DNA of 64,000 bases from Thermodesulfobacteriota bacterium (GTDB lineage: Bacteria; Desulfobacterota_D; UBA1144; Nemesobacterales; UBA2774), in NCBI GenBank assembly GCA_035325995.1, contig DAOKYU010000004.1:69415-133414 (forward strand), read 5' to 3'. The notes under the pieces are model-generated. The model saw only the letters and a list, made by a program, of their open reading frames with translations. It ran no database searches and was not told where the DNA came from. The position numbers were made by a program, and so were the translations under genes. Positions 8,648 to 19,492 of this stretch are shown in pieces; positions within the stretch are counted from its first letter, which is position 1; each line of letters starts with the position of its first letter.

Positions 8648-8764
8648 AATGCACTCTCCCTTGGCCGGCGTCTCCGGGACGGCCAAAACCAATGCTCTAT
8701 AATGTTATAAACCTGGAACCTCGAATAAACCGGGTTGAATAAATTATACAACAATCGGGGATAA

Positions 8765-11700
8765 CTAGTAATAGTCCTGGATGGCCTTTACCGTAAGCCC
8801 TTCCTTTATGAGGGCCTTTATGGCCGCCACGGCGGCTATCGCCGCGGAGACGGTCGTGAAGTAGGGGACCCTCTGGGTGAGCGCCGTCCTTCTTATGGTG
8901 TACGACTGCTCTATCTCCTTCTCCCCGAACGTGGTGTTTATGACGAGCTGCACCTCGCCGTTCTTCATGTGATCGACGACGTTGGGCCGTCCCTCGACTA
9001 CTTTCTTCACCACGGTGCATTCGACGCCCAGCTCCCTGAGCCGGGCGGCCGTTCCCGTCGTCGCCATTATGCCGAAACCGAGGCCCGAGAGCTTCTTCGC
9101 GAACTCGGAGAGCCTCGGCTTGTCGTCGTCTTTTACGCTCACGAAGGCAGTGCCCGAAAGCGGGAGCTTGGCCCCAGCGGCCATCTGGGCCTTGGCGAAG
9201 GCCATTCTCATCTCACTGTCTATGCCCATCACCTCGCCCGTCGATTTCATCTCGGGGCCGAGTATCGTATCGACGCCGGGGAACTTGATGAAGGGGAACA
9301 CCGATTCCTTTACGCATACGTGCCCGGGAATTATCTCTTCCGTAAAGCCGAGCTCTTCGAGCGTCTTTCCGGCCATGACCTTCGTGCCGAGCATAGCGAG
9401 AGGGACGCCTATGGCCTTGCTGACGAAGGGGACGGTCCTGCTGGCGCGGGGGTTGACTTCGAGTATGTAGACCTTGTCGTCCTTTACGGCGAACTGAATG
9501 TTTACGAGCCCGACGACGTTGAGGGCGAGCGCGAGCTCCTTCGTCTGGCGCTTTATCTCGTCCACCACCGCGGGGCTTATGGAGAACGGGGGAAGCACCA
9601 TGGCGCTGTCGCCCGAGTGGACCCCTGCCTCTTCTATGTGTTCGAGGACGCCGCCTATGACGACCGTTTTTCCATCGGATATCGCATCGACGTCCACTTC
9701 CTTGGCGTCGTTTAAGAACCTGTCGATGAGGACCGGGTGATTCGGCGCTACCTTTACGGCCTCGGTTATATAGCGCTTAAGCGATTCCTCGGTGTAGACG
9801 ATTTCCATAGCCCGGCCCCCGAGGACGTAGGACGGCCTTACGACTATGGGATACGTGACTTCGCCTGCTATGCGAAGCGCCTCCTCCTGGCTCCGGGCGA
9901 TGCCGCTCTCGGGCTGCCGGAGGCCGAGACGCTCGATGAGGTCCCGGAACCGTTCCCTGTCCTCGGCGATGTCTATGCTGTCGGGGGAGGTGCCGATGAT
10001 CCTGACGCCCCTCTTTTCGAGCGGTATGGCGAGCTTGAGAGGCGTCTGCCCGCCAAGGTGTACTATAACCCCCTCGGGGTTCTCCCTGTCTATAATTGCG
10101 AGGGTGTCTTCGAGTGTAAGGGGCTCGAAGTAGAGCCTGTCGGACGTATCGTAGTCGGTGCTGACAGTCTCGGGGTTACAGTTGACCATTATAGCCTCGT
10201 AGCCCTCTTCGCGGAGAGAGAACGACGCGTGGACGCAGCAGTAATCGAACTCTATGCCCTGCCCTATCCTGTTCGGCCCGCCGCCGAGTATGACGACCTT
10301 CCGCTTGTCCGTCGGGAGGGCCTCGTCTTCCGTTTCGTAGGTCGAATATAAATATGGCGTGTACGCCTCGAACTCGGCGGCGCAAGTATCGACCATCTTG
10401 TAGACGGGCGCTATGCCGGAGGCGAGCCTCATATCCCTGACGTCGCCCTCCGATTTCCCGAGGAGGGCGGCGATACGGATATCCGAAAAGCCGTACTCCT
10501 TGGCCTTCTTAAGGAGCGGGGCATCCGGGCTCCCGGAAGAGGCCTTGAGGCTCTCCTCCATGTCGGTTATCTGCTCGAGGTTCCTGAGAAACCACCTGTC
10601 GATTCGCGTGAGGGAATATATTTCTTCCATGTCGAGGCCCTGGCGGAAGGCGTCTGCCAGATACCAGAGCCTGTCGGAGTTCGGGGTCCTCAGCTTTTCC
10701 TTTATGAGCTCCGCGTCAGCAGTGCGCGGCTCGAAGCCGTAGGAATCTATTTCGAGCGACCTCATCGCTTTTAGAAGCGATTCCTTGAACGTCCTCCCGA
10801 TGGCCATAACCTCGCCCACGGACTTCATCTGCGTCGTGAGCGTCTTGTCCGTCTTCGGGAATTTTTCGAACGTGAACCTCGGGATCTTGACGACTACGTA
10901 GTCTATAGTCGGCTCGAACGAGGCCGGGGTGTAGCACGTGATGTCGTTCGATATCTCGTCGAGCGTGTAGCCGACGGCGAGCTTTGCAGCGATCTTGGCT
11001 ATGGGGAACCCCGTCGCCTTCGACGCAAGCGCAGAGCTCCGCGACACGCGCGGGTTCATCTCTATGACCACGACGCGCCCGTCCTCGGGGTTTACGCCGA
11101 ACTGGATGTTCGAGCCCCCGGTATCTACGCCTATCTCCCTTATTATCGCGACCGAGGCGTCCCGGAGGCGCTGGTATTCCTTATCCGTGAGGGTCTGCGC
11201 GGGGGCGACGGTTATGCTGTCCCCGGTGTGGACGCCCATGGGGTCGAAGTTCTCTATGGAGCAGATTATGACGACGTTGTCCATCCCGTCCCGCATGACT
11301 TCGAGCTCGTACTCCTTCCAGCCGAGGACGGATTCCTCTATGAGCACCTCGCTCACCGGGCTTAAGTCGAGGCCCGATTTCGCGAACTCCTCGAATTCCT
11401 CCCTGTTGTACGCGACGCTCCCTCCGGAGCCGCCGAGCGTAAACGACGGGCGGATGATCACGGGGAAGCCGACCTCCTCCATGACAGCCCAGGCTTCTTC
11501 CATCGTGTGGGCGACGCCGCTCTTCGGGACGTCGAGCCCGATCTTGAGCATGGCGTCCTTGAAGAGCTCCCTGTTCTCGGCCTTTTTGATCGCCGGGAGC
11601 TTCGCCCCTATGAGCTCGACCCCGTATTTATCGAGCACCCCCGATTCTGCGAGATCGACCGCGAGGTTAAGCGCCGTCTGGCCGCCGAGCGTCGGCAGGA

Positions 11701-11956
11701 GCGCGTCGGGCCTTTCCTTCTCGATTATCTTTTCCACTATTTCCGGAACCAGCGGCTCGATGTAAGTGCGGTCGGCGAAAGTGGGGTCCGTCATTATAGT
11801 CGCGGGGTTACTGTTGACGAGGACGATCCTGTAGCCCTCTTCCTTGAGCGCCTTACACGCCTGCGTGCCCGAGTAGTCGAATTCGCACGCCTGTCCTATG
11901 ACTATAGGGCCCGAGCCTATGAGCAGTATGGTTTTTATATCTTCCCTTCTGGGCAT
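8765..11956 (-). CDS. carB: Carbamoyl-phosphate synthase large subunit
   Basis: Both ATP-grasp halves, the oligomerisation domain and the MGS-like domain are present from [30 protein letters not shown] onward. The start was chosen at the internal Met. Confidence 0.95.
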   Translation of the reverse strand: MPRREDIKTILLIGSGPIVIGQACEFDYSGTQACKALKEEGYRIVLVNSNPATIMTDPTFADRTYIEPLVPEIVEKIIEKERPDALLPTLGGQTALNLAVDLAESGVLDKYGVELIGAKLPAIKKAENRELFKDAMLKIGLDVPKSGVAHTMEEAWAVMEEVGFPVIIRPSFTLGGSGGSVAYNREEFEEFAKSGLDLSPVSEVLIEESVLGWKEYELEVMRDGMDNVVIICSIENFDPMGVHTGDSITVAPAQTLTDKEYQRLRDASVAIIREIGVDTGGSNIQFGVNPEDGRVVVIEMNPRVSRSSALASKATGFPIAKIAAKLAVGYTLDEISNDITCYTPASFEPTIDYVVVKIPRFTFEKFPKTDKTLTTQMKSVGEVMAIGRTFKESLLKAMRSLEIDSYGFEPRTADAELIKEKLRTPNSDRLWYLADAFRQGLDMEEIYSLTRIDRWFLRNLEQITDMEESLKASSGSPDAPLLKKAKEYGFSDIRIAALLGKSEGDVRDMRLASGIAPVYKMVDTCAAEFEAYTPYLYSTYETEDEALPTDKRKVVILGGGPNRIGQGIEFDYCCVHASFSLREEGYEAIMVNCNPETVSTDYDTSDRLYFEPLTLEDTLAIIDRENPEGVIVHLGGQTPLKLAIPLEKRGVRIIGTSPDSIDIAEDRERFRDLIERLGLRQPESGIARSQEEALRIAGEVTYPIVVRPSYVLGGRAMEIVYTEESLKRYITEAVKVAPNHPVLIDRFLNDAKEVDVDAISDGKTVVIGGVLEHIEEAGVHSGDSAMVLPPFSISPAVVDEIKRQTKELALALNVVGLVNIQFAVKDDKVYILEVNPRASRTVPFVSKAIGVPLAMLGTKVMAGKTLEELGFTEEIIPGHVCVKESVFPFIKFPGVDTILGPEMKSTGEVMGIDSEMRMAFAKAQMAAGAKLPLSGTAFVSVKDDDKPRLSEFAKKLSGLGFGIMATTGTAARLRELGVECTVVKKVVEGRPNVVDHMKNGEVQLVINTTFGEKEIEQSYTIRRTALTQRVPYFTTVSAAIAAVAAIKALIKEGLTVKAIQDYY

Positions 11957-12203
11957 ACGGTTCCTGCCTGTGAATACGAGTGTTTTGCGGGTTCGAAATG
12001 ATGGGGCCATGCCGGGCGGGCACGCCCTCTATTTGAAGCCTATCATTTATACCTGTGAATTCGCCTCGTAGCAAATGCGAGTGACGGCCAATTGCATCGA
12101 AAAAGGTAATGATGGAGGACGGTAGACCATGCTGCGACGGAATCCGGGACGAAGCCCCCGCGTATCGTTCAGGACGGGGCGACGGCGGCCGCTCCGTGCG
12201 GAT

Positions 12204-12926
12204 TCAGGCCCCTGCTTCGGGCCCGATCTTCTTTTGGACGTCTCTTTTTCTGAGCTCGGACATGACGTGGAACATCCTCTGGAGCGCCGTGTACGACGAG
12301 AAGACGAGCATCAGAATGAGGGAGAGCTTGAGGAGATAGTCGGCGGGAGGATACCCTATCCAGCCCGCGACGATGTTGCCGAGAAAGTTGAATACCGAGA
12401 GGACGCCCAGGTAGACGACCCTTTCCGTCCGCTGCATGATGCCGAGCTCGCACTTTACCCCCAGCCCCTCGGCGCGGGCCCTCGTGTAGCTCACCATCGT
12501 CGTCGAGACGAGTATAAGGAATACGACGTATGCGAATATGGAATCCCTGTAGAGACTCAGGAGTCCCAGGTATATGAAGGCCTCGGAGAACCTGTCGAGG
12601 CAGGAATCGAAAAACGCCCCGCTCTCGCTGCTTAGCCCCTGCGCCCGTGCGACGCGGCCGTCGAATATGTCGAACGTCGAGCCCGCGAGCACCAGCACGC
12701 CGCCCGCGAAAATCCATCCGTAGTGATAAAAGAGGCCGGTAATTGCGGATACCAGCAAGGTCGAGACAGTGAGCACGTTCGGGTGGACCCTGATCTTTAA
12801 GAGGTAGTCCTCTATCGGCAGCATCAGGAGAAGCCACCACGTCTTTATACCGCTCCCGAGGAGCTTGGTCGACTCCGGGCCCTTTTTGTTCTTAGACCTT
12901 TCTTTAATCTCTTCGGGGTTAGTCAT
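12204..12926 (-). CDS. CDP-alcohol phosphatidyltransferase family protein (PgsA-like)
   Basis: D-x2-DG-x2-AR...G-x3-D-x3-D motif (FDIFDGRVARAQG...GAFFDSCLD) with multiple TM helices. The start was taken at MTNPEE. Confidence 0.8.
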   Translation of the reverse strand: MTNPEEIKERSKNKKGPESTKLLGSGIKTWWLLLMLPIEDYLLKIRVHPNVLTVSTLLVSAITGLFYHYGWIFAGGVLVLAGSTFDIFDGRVARAQGLSSESGAFFDSCLDRFSEAFIYLGLLSLYRDSIFAYVVFLILVSTTMVSYTRARAEGLGVKCELGIMQRTERVVYLGVLSVFNFLGNIVAGWIGYPPADYLLKLSLILMLVFSSYTALQRMFHVMSELRKRDVQKKIGPEAGA

Positions 12927-13039
12927 ATACGCAGTTATTCCTGTTTCATTGCACGGATTTAACGAATGAATAACAATATCCGTTTTAGCCCTTTCAGGCA
13001 AGAATGTGAAGAGTCCGGGTTTGCGAGCAGCATGACGCC

Positions 13040-14620
13040 TCAGTCGTTTTCGGCAACGAAGACGGATTTAAAGAGGGGGTCCTTTTTCTTGAGGCCTGCG
13101 GCGTAGGAGCCGGCCTCCTTCCTTACCTTAAAAGCGCCTATCCTCACCCTGTAGAGCTTGCCCTTGCCCGGTATGCTTGCAGGGACGACGTAGGCGTCGT
13201 ATCCCTTTTTCCTTAGCCGGATGGCCAGATGGTCGGCGTCGTCGGGGAAACGAAGGGAAGCCACCTGTACTGAATAGCCCTTTTTCGAGAGGGATTTCGA
13301 GGCGGGCGAAGCCTCCCGTGGGCCGGCCCCGGGCTTTCCTGCTGCCGGCGTGTACAGGGCAAGCATCTGGCCCTCGACTATACCGGCCTTGAGCGCTATA
13401 TCACCCGTAAGCGGGGAGCGCGGGGCGTCGTTCGAGGCCTTTCCGGAACCCGGGCCGGACGGAGCCTCCGTTTCCGTGACGACGGGCGGCGCTTCTTCAA
13501 GCGGCCTTTCGACGAGGTCGCCGCCGGACGCCGCGGCGGCTGTGACTATTTCGGGCTCGGGCGCAGTCTCGGGAGCCGAAGCAGCCGGGGCGGCGGGCTT
13601 CTCGCGGCGTGACGCAGGCGAGCCGGGGCGTGCGTGCATCCTTGCATCCATCTGCCTTGCGATTATCATCGCCTTATGTCCGTCGGGAGTATCGGCCGGG
13701 GAAGCGGGCGTATCGTTAACGCCGGGCCCGGGGGCCTCGGTGACGGCAAATTCAGGTGCGCCTTCGGGAGGCGGGCCTGAAAGAGTTTCCTCAGTTTTAA
13801 TGCTATCGAAGGAAAGCGACTGCCTTACGGGCGGAAGGGCTTCTTCCCTGACCGCCGTCTCTGTTATGTCCGGGGCGGAATCCGAATGGGAGCTCCTTAC
13901 AGGGGTTACGCCCCTTTCGTCTATCTTTACGACCTGAAGGCACGTATACGGCCGGTTGACGACCACTTCCCGCTCGCTCAAGACGAGGTCCACGGTGCCG
14001 GAGACGTCGGAGGGGCTTTCGAATACGAGCTTTCTCGGGGACTCCGAAAGCACGAACGGCTTTACGCCCCCGACGGTGAAGTCTGTCGTGGCGAAGTCGC
14101 CGTCGAAGGGGCCCTTTATCTCTATGAGTCGCCCCGCCTGCCCTACGACCGGGCACTGGTAATCGTAGGGAGTTGGCTTTTCGGGCCCCCGCGCGTCGTG
14201 TTTGGAAAACTGCACCGGGACGCGAGAGCCGCCGAGCCGTTTCCCGTCCCTGCCGACGAGCGTAAAAACGAGCGTGCTTCCGCCCGCGTTCTTCGGAACC
14301 TCGAAGGTGACTGACCCCTCGCCTACAGGGGCGCTGAAATAGCTCGTCTCGATTATAAGGCCGCTCAGGAGGGCCGAATTCTTTTCCCTCGCCCGCGCCG
14401 TCGTCCCTGCGGGGTATATCCTGAAAGAAGACGATACCCTGTCCCCGGCCGAAAGATCGTCGGGCAGGAATACGCGCACACGGCCGCCGGGGGCGTCGAA
14501 TTCGAGCGTATGGACGCCGTCTTCCGGTTCTCCGTATGCGAAAGGTGCAAGGAAGCAGAAGAGGGCTGCAAGCGTTACCGCCTGGGTGATGAAGCGCTGT
14601 GCTCCTTTCGTCACATTCAT
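13040..14620 (-). CDS. Secreted SPOR-domain protein (peptidoglycan-binding, likely division/septal)
   Basis: Signal peptide, a long Pro/Ala/Ser-rich low-complexity middle, and a C-terminal SPOR domain (YSVQVASLRF...LYRVRIGAF). Confidence 0.8.
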   Translation of the reverse strand: MNVTKGAQRFITQAVTLAALFCFLAPFAYGEPEDGVHTLEFDAPGGRVRVFLPDDLSAGDRVSSSFRIYPAGTTARAREKNSALLSGLIIETSYFSAPVGEGSVTFEVPKNAGGSTLVFTLVGRDGKRLGGSRVPVQFSKHDARGPEKPTPYDYQCPVVGQAGRLIEIKGPFDGDFATTDFTVGGVKPFVLSESPRKLVFESPSDVSGTVDLVLSEREVVVNRPYTCLQVVKIDERGVTPVRSSHSDSAPDITETAVREEALPPVRQSLSFDSIKTEETLSGPPPEGAPEFAVTEAPGPGVNDTPASPADTPDGHKAMIIARQMDARMHARPGSPASRREKPAAPAASAPETAPEPEIVTAAAASGGDLVERPLEEAPPVVTETEAPSGPGSGKASNDAPRSPLTGDIALKAGIVEGQMLALYTPAAGKPGAGPREASPASKSLSKKGYSVQVASLRFPDDADHLAIRLRKKGYDAYVVPASIPGKGKLYRVRIGAFKVRKEAGSYAAGLKKKDPLFKSVFVAEND

Positions 14621-14662
14621 AAGCGGGCCTGAAAACGCGTCCCCCAAGTGGTATGCCAGGGG

Positions 14663-15451
14663 TTAATTGTTGACGGTGATGAATACTATCTCTACTTCGG
14701 ACTCGGCTTTTTTGAGACTATCACCGTATGCTTTCGCATCTTCGACATTCCTGAACGTCCCGACCCTCACCCTGTACCAGTACTTGTTATTGGGTGTCGC
14801 CATGGGCTTTACGAAAGCGGGGTATCCCTTCGCCTTAAGGGAGCCCGCGAGGCTGTTAGCCTGTTTCTGGTCCTGAAAAGAGCCTATCTGGACGGTGTAA
14901 TCGCCCGACGGATCCACCTTCGGCATCTGGGGCTTCGGCGCGTTCGTCGCCTCCGCCGCCTCCTCCGCCCTCTTTTCTTCGGCGACGCTGCGCGCTATCT
15001 CGGCTAGCTTTTCGGCCCTCGCGTCGCGCGTCGGGGCCGGGGGCGGCGGTGCGGGCGTCCTGGGAGCTGGCGTCTTCGGCGCGGGGGTTTTCGGTGCGGG
15101 CGTCGGGACAGGCTTCGGCGTCGGCACGGGCGGCGGCGGTGCAGGATCGGCCTTCGCCATAACCGCGTCTTCCGTGGGAGTGTCGCCCTCGTCCTCGACG
15201 GGGAAGCTTTCGGGAAGCGGCTCGCCGGGACTTTCGGCCGGCTGCTCCGGGGCCTCGGCGGTTTCGTCGTCAAACGGAGCTGCCGGAGGCGCGGGCGGCT
15301 GCTCGTTAAAAGAGCGCGTCGTCTGGAAGCTCTCCTTGTTGAGCCCCTTTCCGACGAACACACCTACACCGAACACGACCATGAATAAAATCACGAACGC
15401 AACGAAGAAGGCGAGTATACGAGATTTTCCGGAGGAGTTATTCCTGCTCAT
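14663..15451 (-). CDS. Membrane-anchored SPOR-domain protein (FtsN/DedD-like)
   Basis: N-terminal TM helix, a Pro-rich linker (PAPKTPAPKTPAP...), and a C-terminal SPOR domain (YTVQIGSF...YWYRVRVGTF). The start overlaps the argS stop. Confidence 0.8.
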   Translation of the reverse strand: MSRNNSSGKSRILAFFVAFVILFMVVFGVGVFVGKGLNKESFQTTRSFNEQPPAPPAAPFDDETAEAPEQPAESPGEPLPESFPVEDEGDTPTEDAVMAKADPAPPPPVPTPKPVPTPAPKTPAPKTPAPRTPAPPPPAPTRDARAEKLAEIARSVAEEKRAEEAAEATNAPKPQMPKVDPSGDYTVQIGSFQDQKQANSLAGSLKAKGYPAFVKPMATPNNKYWYRVRVGTFRNVEDAKAYGDSLKKAESEVEIVFITVNN

Positions 15452-15454
15452 GCG

Positions 15455-17134
15455 TCACATCCTGTCAGGGGCCGATATGCCCAGGAGCCCGAGACCGTTA
15501 CTGAGGACCGTGCGGACGCTCTTTATCAGATAAAGCCTTGCGCCGCTCAGGGCCCTGTCGTCATCGATGACCCTGTGTTTATTGTAATAACTGTGAAAAT
15601 CCGCCGCAAGCTCCTGGAGGAAATATGCTACCTTGTGCGGCGAGAGCGTTTCTGCGCTGTCGGCCACGACCTCGGGATAAAGGAGGAGCTTTTTTATGAG
15701 CGCGATCTCGTCGGGCTCGGTCAGGAGGCCGACCGCTTCGCCGGAAGCCTCGAGGCCTTCGCCTTCAGCCTTACGGAATATGCTCGCTATCCTGGCGTAG
15801 GCGTATTGAATGTAGAAGACGGGGTTTTCGCTCGATTCCTTCTGGGCGAGCTCGAGGTCGAAGTCGAGGTGGCTCTCCGAGCTCCGCATGAGGAGGAAGA
15901 ACCTCATGACGTCCGGGCCGACCTCGGTAAGGACGTCCCTCATGGTGACGTAGCTGCCGGCGCGCTTCGACATGGCGACCTCGACGCCGTTACGCATGAG
16001 CCTCACGAACTGTATGAGTATCACCCTGAACACGGATTCGTCGTAACCGAGCGCCTTGAGCGCGGCCCTAAGCCTCGACACATGGCCGTGATGGTCCGCC
16101 CCCCAGACGTTTATTATGCCGTCGAACTCCCTCTCGTATTTGTCGGCGTGGTAGGCGATGTCGGCGAGAAAGTACGTCGGGCTGCCGTCGCTCTTTATCA
16201 TCACCCAGTCCTGGGGATCCCCGTAGCGCGTTGCCATAAACCAGAGTGCGCCTTCCCTCTCATCGAGCGCGCCCTTCTCGCGGAGAAGCTCCTTTACATG
16301 CTCGATCCTCGTCCTCCTGCCGGGCGACGAGAGCGCGTGAATCTCGTTTCTCTCGCTGTACCAGACGTCGAAACGGATTCGCGCTTCGGCCAGGTCTTCT
16401 TTTATGGAGCCGAGGAGCGTAGCCTCCGCGTATTCCCTGCAGTACTCGACAGCTTCGGCGACTTTATCCGACGCGAGCAGCTCGTCGCCCTTTTCGGTCA
16501 TAACGGCGGCGGCGATTTCCTTTACGTAATCGCCCTTGTAGCCGTCCTCGGGTATCCCGGCGTCTATGCCGAAGAGCTCGCGGTACCTTGCGTAAACGGA
16601 CTCGCCGAGAAGGTCCATCTGACGCCCGGCGTCGTTTATGTAAAACTCCCTCGTCACGTCGTACCCCGACGCCGAGAGTATGTTCGACACGGCGTCGCCG
16701 ACGACGGCGTTACGCGCGTGGCCGATGTGGAGGAACCCGGTGGGGTTCGCGCTGACGAATTCGAGGAGGACTTTCTTCCCCTTCCCGAGATTCGAGGCGC
16801 CGTAGCTCTCGCCGAGCCTTTCGACCTCGGCGAGCTTGTCCACCATGGCGTTTTCCCTGACGAAGAAATTTATGAAGCCGGCCCCGGCGATGTCCACCTT
16901 TTTAAAAAGGCGCTCGCTCTCGGGCGGGAGATTTTCGATTATGAGCTCGGCCACGCGGCGGGGGTTCTCGCCCATCTTTTTGGCCAGTACCATGGCCGTG
17001 TTGATCGAGAAATCGCCGAACTCCTTTCGTTTCGGGATTCCGACCTCGATTTCGACAGCGAGGTCCGTGAGGTTAATCTTTTTCCCTATGTTTTCTACTG
17101 ATTCGAGTACGACTCTTTGTATGTCTTCTTTCAT
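15455..17134 (-). CDS. argS: Arginine--tRNA ligase
   Basis: Class I aaRS with HIGH-like HIGH(A)RN and KMSKR motifs (MSKRAGS), plus the Arg anticodon-binding domain. Confidence 0.95.
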   Translation of the reverse strand: MKEDIQRVVLESVENIGKKINLTDLAVEIEVGIPKRKEFGDFSINTAMVLAKKMGENPRRVAELIIENLPPESERLFKKVDIAGAGFINFFVRENAMVDKLAEVERLGESYGASNLGKGKKVLLEFVSANPTGFLHIGHARNAVVGDAVSNILSASGYDVTREFYINDAGRQMDLLGESVYARYRELFGIDAGIPEDGYKGDYVKEIAAAVMTEKGDELLASDKVAEAVEYCREYAEATLLGSIKEDLAEARIRFDVWYSERNEIHALSSPGRRTRIEHVKELLREKGALDEREGALWFMATRYGDPQDWVMIKSDGSPTYFLADIAYHADKYEREFDGIINVWGADHHGHVSRLRAALKALGYDESVFRVILIQFVRLMRNGVEVAMSKRAGSYVTMRDVLTEVGPDVMRFFLLMRSSESHLDFDLELAQKESSENPVFYIQYAYARIASIFRKAEGEGLEASGEAVGLLTEPDEIALIKKLLLYPEVVADSAETLSPHKVAYFLQELAADFHSYYNKHRVIDDDRALSGARLYLIKSVRTVLSNGLGLLGISAPDRM

Positions 17135-17200
17135 ATCGGCACCACGAAATTACACCACAGTATAACCGGAGTTACAAGAAAACGGCGGGGCGAGGAGGGC

Positions 17201-17827
17201 TCAGAAATGCGGCAGGGCCTCGACGGGAGTGAGGTGCGATACGTCGTTCAGATCGACCACAACCACCTTCCCCTCGGAAAGACAAACCGTGCTCCGCGAG
17301 GCCGCCTGTATGCCGAAGCTCCTGAATCCGGAGAGGCCGACGCCCGTGAATTCGCAGAGGAGGGTAGTAATCGTGAGGTTGTGGCTCACTGCCACTACCG
17401 TCTCCCCGTCGTGGCGCTCGCACAGCCTGCCGAACACCCTGAGCGCCCTCTCACGAACCTCGGAAAGCGACTCCCCGCTCGGTATCCTGAGCGTCTCGGG
17501 GCTGTCGCGCCACTCGTTCATGACGTCCGCGTACCTTTCCCTTATCTCCGTGAACAAAAGCCCCTCGAATTCCCCCTGGTCCATTTCCCGGAGGTCGCTG
17601 TCCGTTTCGACCGCAAGCCCGTGGTGTTTCGCTATCTCCTCTGCAGTGGAAACCGCCCTCGCGAGGTCGCTCGAATATACGGCCGAGATTTTCTCGCCCT
17701 TGAGATAAACCCCGAGCTCTATCGCCTGTTTCCTGCCGTTTTCATTGAGCACCACGTCGGAAATCCCCTGGCACCTGCCGGTCCTGTTCCAGTCGGTCTC
17801 TCCGTGTCTTACGAGTATGAGATTCAT
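17201..17827 (-). CDS. Histidine phosphatase family protein (phosphoglycerate mutase-like / alpha-ribazole phosphatase-like)
   Basis: LVRHGETDWN catalytic RHG motif and a later His (SHN). Confidence 0.8.
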   Translation of the reverse strand: MNLILVRHGETDWNRTGRCQGISDVVLNENGRKQAIELGVYLKGEKISAVYSSDLARAVSTAEEIAKHHGLAVETDSDLREMDQGEFEGLLFTEIRERYADVMNEWRDSPETLRIPSGESLSEVRERALRVFGRLCERHDGETVVAVSHNLTITTLLCEFTGVGLSGFRSFGIQAASRSTVCLSEGKVVVVDLNDVSHLTPVEALPHF

Positions 17828-17853
17828 TTTTTTCTGCGGGGAGCGTAGTTTTC

Positions 17854-19035
17854 TTAATACGGCCTGTTGTAGAACGTGATGTCCATCCCTTCTTTTTCTG
17901 CCTCTTCCGCGAACTCCGACGGCGGGACCGGAAGAGGAGCGGACTTGCGTATCGCTTCGACGGAGTACTGGTCGAACGCGGAGTTGCCGGAGGACTTGCT
18001 GACCCTCACGTCGAACACCCTCCCCGTTCCGTCCACCTTGAAGAATACACCGGTCGCGAGATTGCCGTCCGTGGGGACCCCGGGCGGGATGCGCCAGTTG
18101 CGCTTTATTCTCTGGTGCACCTTGTTCTTGTATATTTCGAGCAGTACCGGATTTACGCCGGAGCCGCCTCCGCCTCCACCGACCTTGCCGCCCCCGCTCC
18201 CGCTGCCGGGACTGGTCGACGATTCACCCCGCCCTCTGCCCGGGCCCGGCTCGTCGGATATGTCCGCAGAGTCCGCCATGGCGAGCCTCTGCTCCTCGCC
18301 CATGGGCTCTTCGATTTCGGAAGGTTCTTCCGAGGGTCCTTTCTTGAGGTTTTCCAGCACCCTCTGTCTTTTCAGATCCTGGAGGACTTTACTCTTCTCG
18401 CTGTCGAGATTTTTCTTCTCGGATTTAGCCGTCGTTTTCTTCTCCGGAGCCTTGGGCTTTTCCGTAGGCTCCGGCTTCTTCGCGACCTCTTTCTTCACTT
18501 CCTTTTCAGGCTTCTTCTCGGGCTTCTTCGTCGGGGCCGGGGGCTCCTTCTTAACCTCTTTCTTCTCCGGCTTGGGCTCGGGGGTTTTCACCGGTTTCTT
18601 TTCGGGCTCGATCGGTATCACCTTTTTGTCCGGCTCGATCTTGGCCACTTCCTTGGGCTTGGGCTCCTCTTTTTTTACCTCGGGCTTCTTCTCGGGTTCC
18701 TTCTTCGGGGTCTCCTTCTTCTCTGGCTCGGGCGGAGGGACCTTGGCGACCTCTTCCTTTTCGGCCGGAGGTTCCGGCTCCGGTTCGGGCGCGGGCTTGG
18801 GCGGAGGGGCTTTACGCGGAGGGGTCTGCGCGCGTTTCGGCGGAGCGCCGCCGCTCCCTTCTCCCGAACCCAGCCCCGAGAGGGATACCTCTATCGGCCC
18901 GGGAGAGGAATCCTCCCTCGTGCTGGTGAAGCCCCAGAAAAGAACAAGGACCAGCACGAAGACGTGAAGGGCTATCGAAAAGAATATCCCCCAGAAGGAA
19001 GAGCCCCTGGATGTGTCTTTGTCGTCAGATTTCAT
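17854..19035 (-). CDS. TonB/TolA family energy transducer with long Lys/Pro/Glu-rich linker
   Basis: N-terminal TM anchor, a roughly 200-aa (EKKP/PEPK)n linker, and a C-terminal TonB-C-like domain. It lies directly downstream of exbB-exbD. Confidence 0.8.
   Translation of the reverse strand: MKSDDKDTSRGSSFWGIFFSIALHVFVLVLVLFWGFTSTREDSSPGPIEVSLSGLGSGEGSGGAPPKRAQTPPRKAPPPKPAPEPEPEPPAEKEEVAKVPPPEPEKKETPKKEPEKKPEVKKEEPKPKEVAKIEPDKKVIPIEPEKKPVKTPEPKPEKKEVKKEPPAPTKKPEKKPEKEVKKEVAKKPEPTEKPKAPEKKTTAKSEKKNLDSEKSKVLQDLKRQRVLENLKKGPSEEPSEIEEPMGEEQRLAMADSADISDEPGPGRGRGESSTSPGSGSGGGKVGGGGGGSGVNPVLLEIYKNKVHQRIKRNWRIPPGVPTDGNLATGVFFKVDGTGRVFDVRVSKSSGNSAFDQYSVEAIRKSAPLPVPPSEFAEEAEKEGMDITFYNRPY
18435..18855 (-). 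repeat. Highly repetitive low-complexity coding region (Pro/Lys/Glu-rich linker of the TonB/TolA protein)
   Basis: Iterated PEKKPE/KKEV units at protein level; repeated gaaaagaa/ccggag units at nucleotide level. Confidence 0.6.
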
Positions 19036-19050
19036 TTCCCCGTTTGCCTC

Positions 19051-19488
19051 TTAATTGCTCGGGACGGGCTCGGTTATGAGGCCGAGTTTTTCCACCCCGG
19101 CGTTCCTTATCTCGGACATTACCTCGACCACCTTCCCATAGGAGACGCCCGTGTCGGCCCTTAAAAAGACCTCTTCGTTCCTTATGTCGGCCCCTCTCTC
19201 GGTTATGAGCTTCTGAACCTCGCCGCTGAGCTCGCCCAGGGAGTACTCGTCCTTTTCGATGAATATCTCGCCTGCGGAGTTAAGCGTGACGACGACCTTC
19301 CTCTCGCGGTCGAGGGAGGGTATGGGGCCCGACTGAGTTTTCGGGAGGTTGACGTCCACGCCTTGATACAGGATAGGCGTCGTGACCATGAAGATTATGA
19401 GCAGAACGAGCATCACGTCCACGAACGGAGTAACGTTTATTTCCGACATCACCGTGCGGCCCTCGCGGCCGCCTGTCTGCATTCCCAT
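19051..19488 (-). CDS. exbD: Biopolymer transport protein ExbD/TolR
   Basis: NVTPFVDVMLVLLIIFMV signature TM segment. Confidence 0.9.
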   Translation of the reverse strand: MGMQTGGREGRTVMSEINVTPFVDVMLVLLIIFMVTTPILYQGVDVNLPKTQSGPIPSLDRERKVVVTLNSAGEIFIEKDEYSLGELSGEVQKLITERGADIRNEEVFLRADTGVSYGKVVEVMSEIRNAGVEKLGLITEPVPSN

Positions 19489-19492
19489 CGTC

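Noticed and set aside
8969-11765. Several 160-256-aa plus-strand ORFs inside carB
   Set aside because: Shadow frames of carB.
15575-17101. 508-aa plus-strand ORF opposite argS
   Set aside because: Antisense shadow of a highly conserved aminoacyl-tRNA synthetase gene.
17876-19164. Two 350-aa plus-strand ORFs opposite the TonB/TolA gene
   Set aside because: Low-complexity antisense translation of the repetitive linker.
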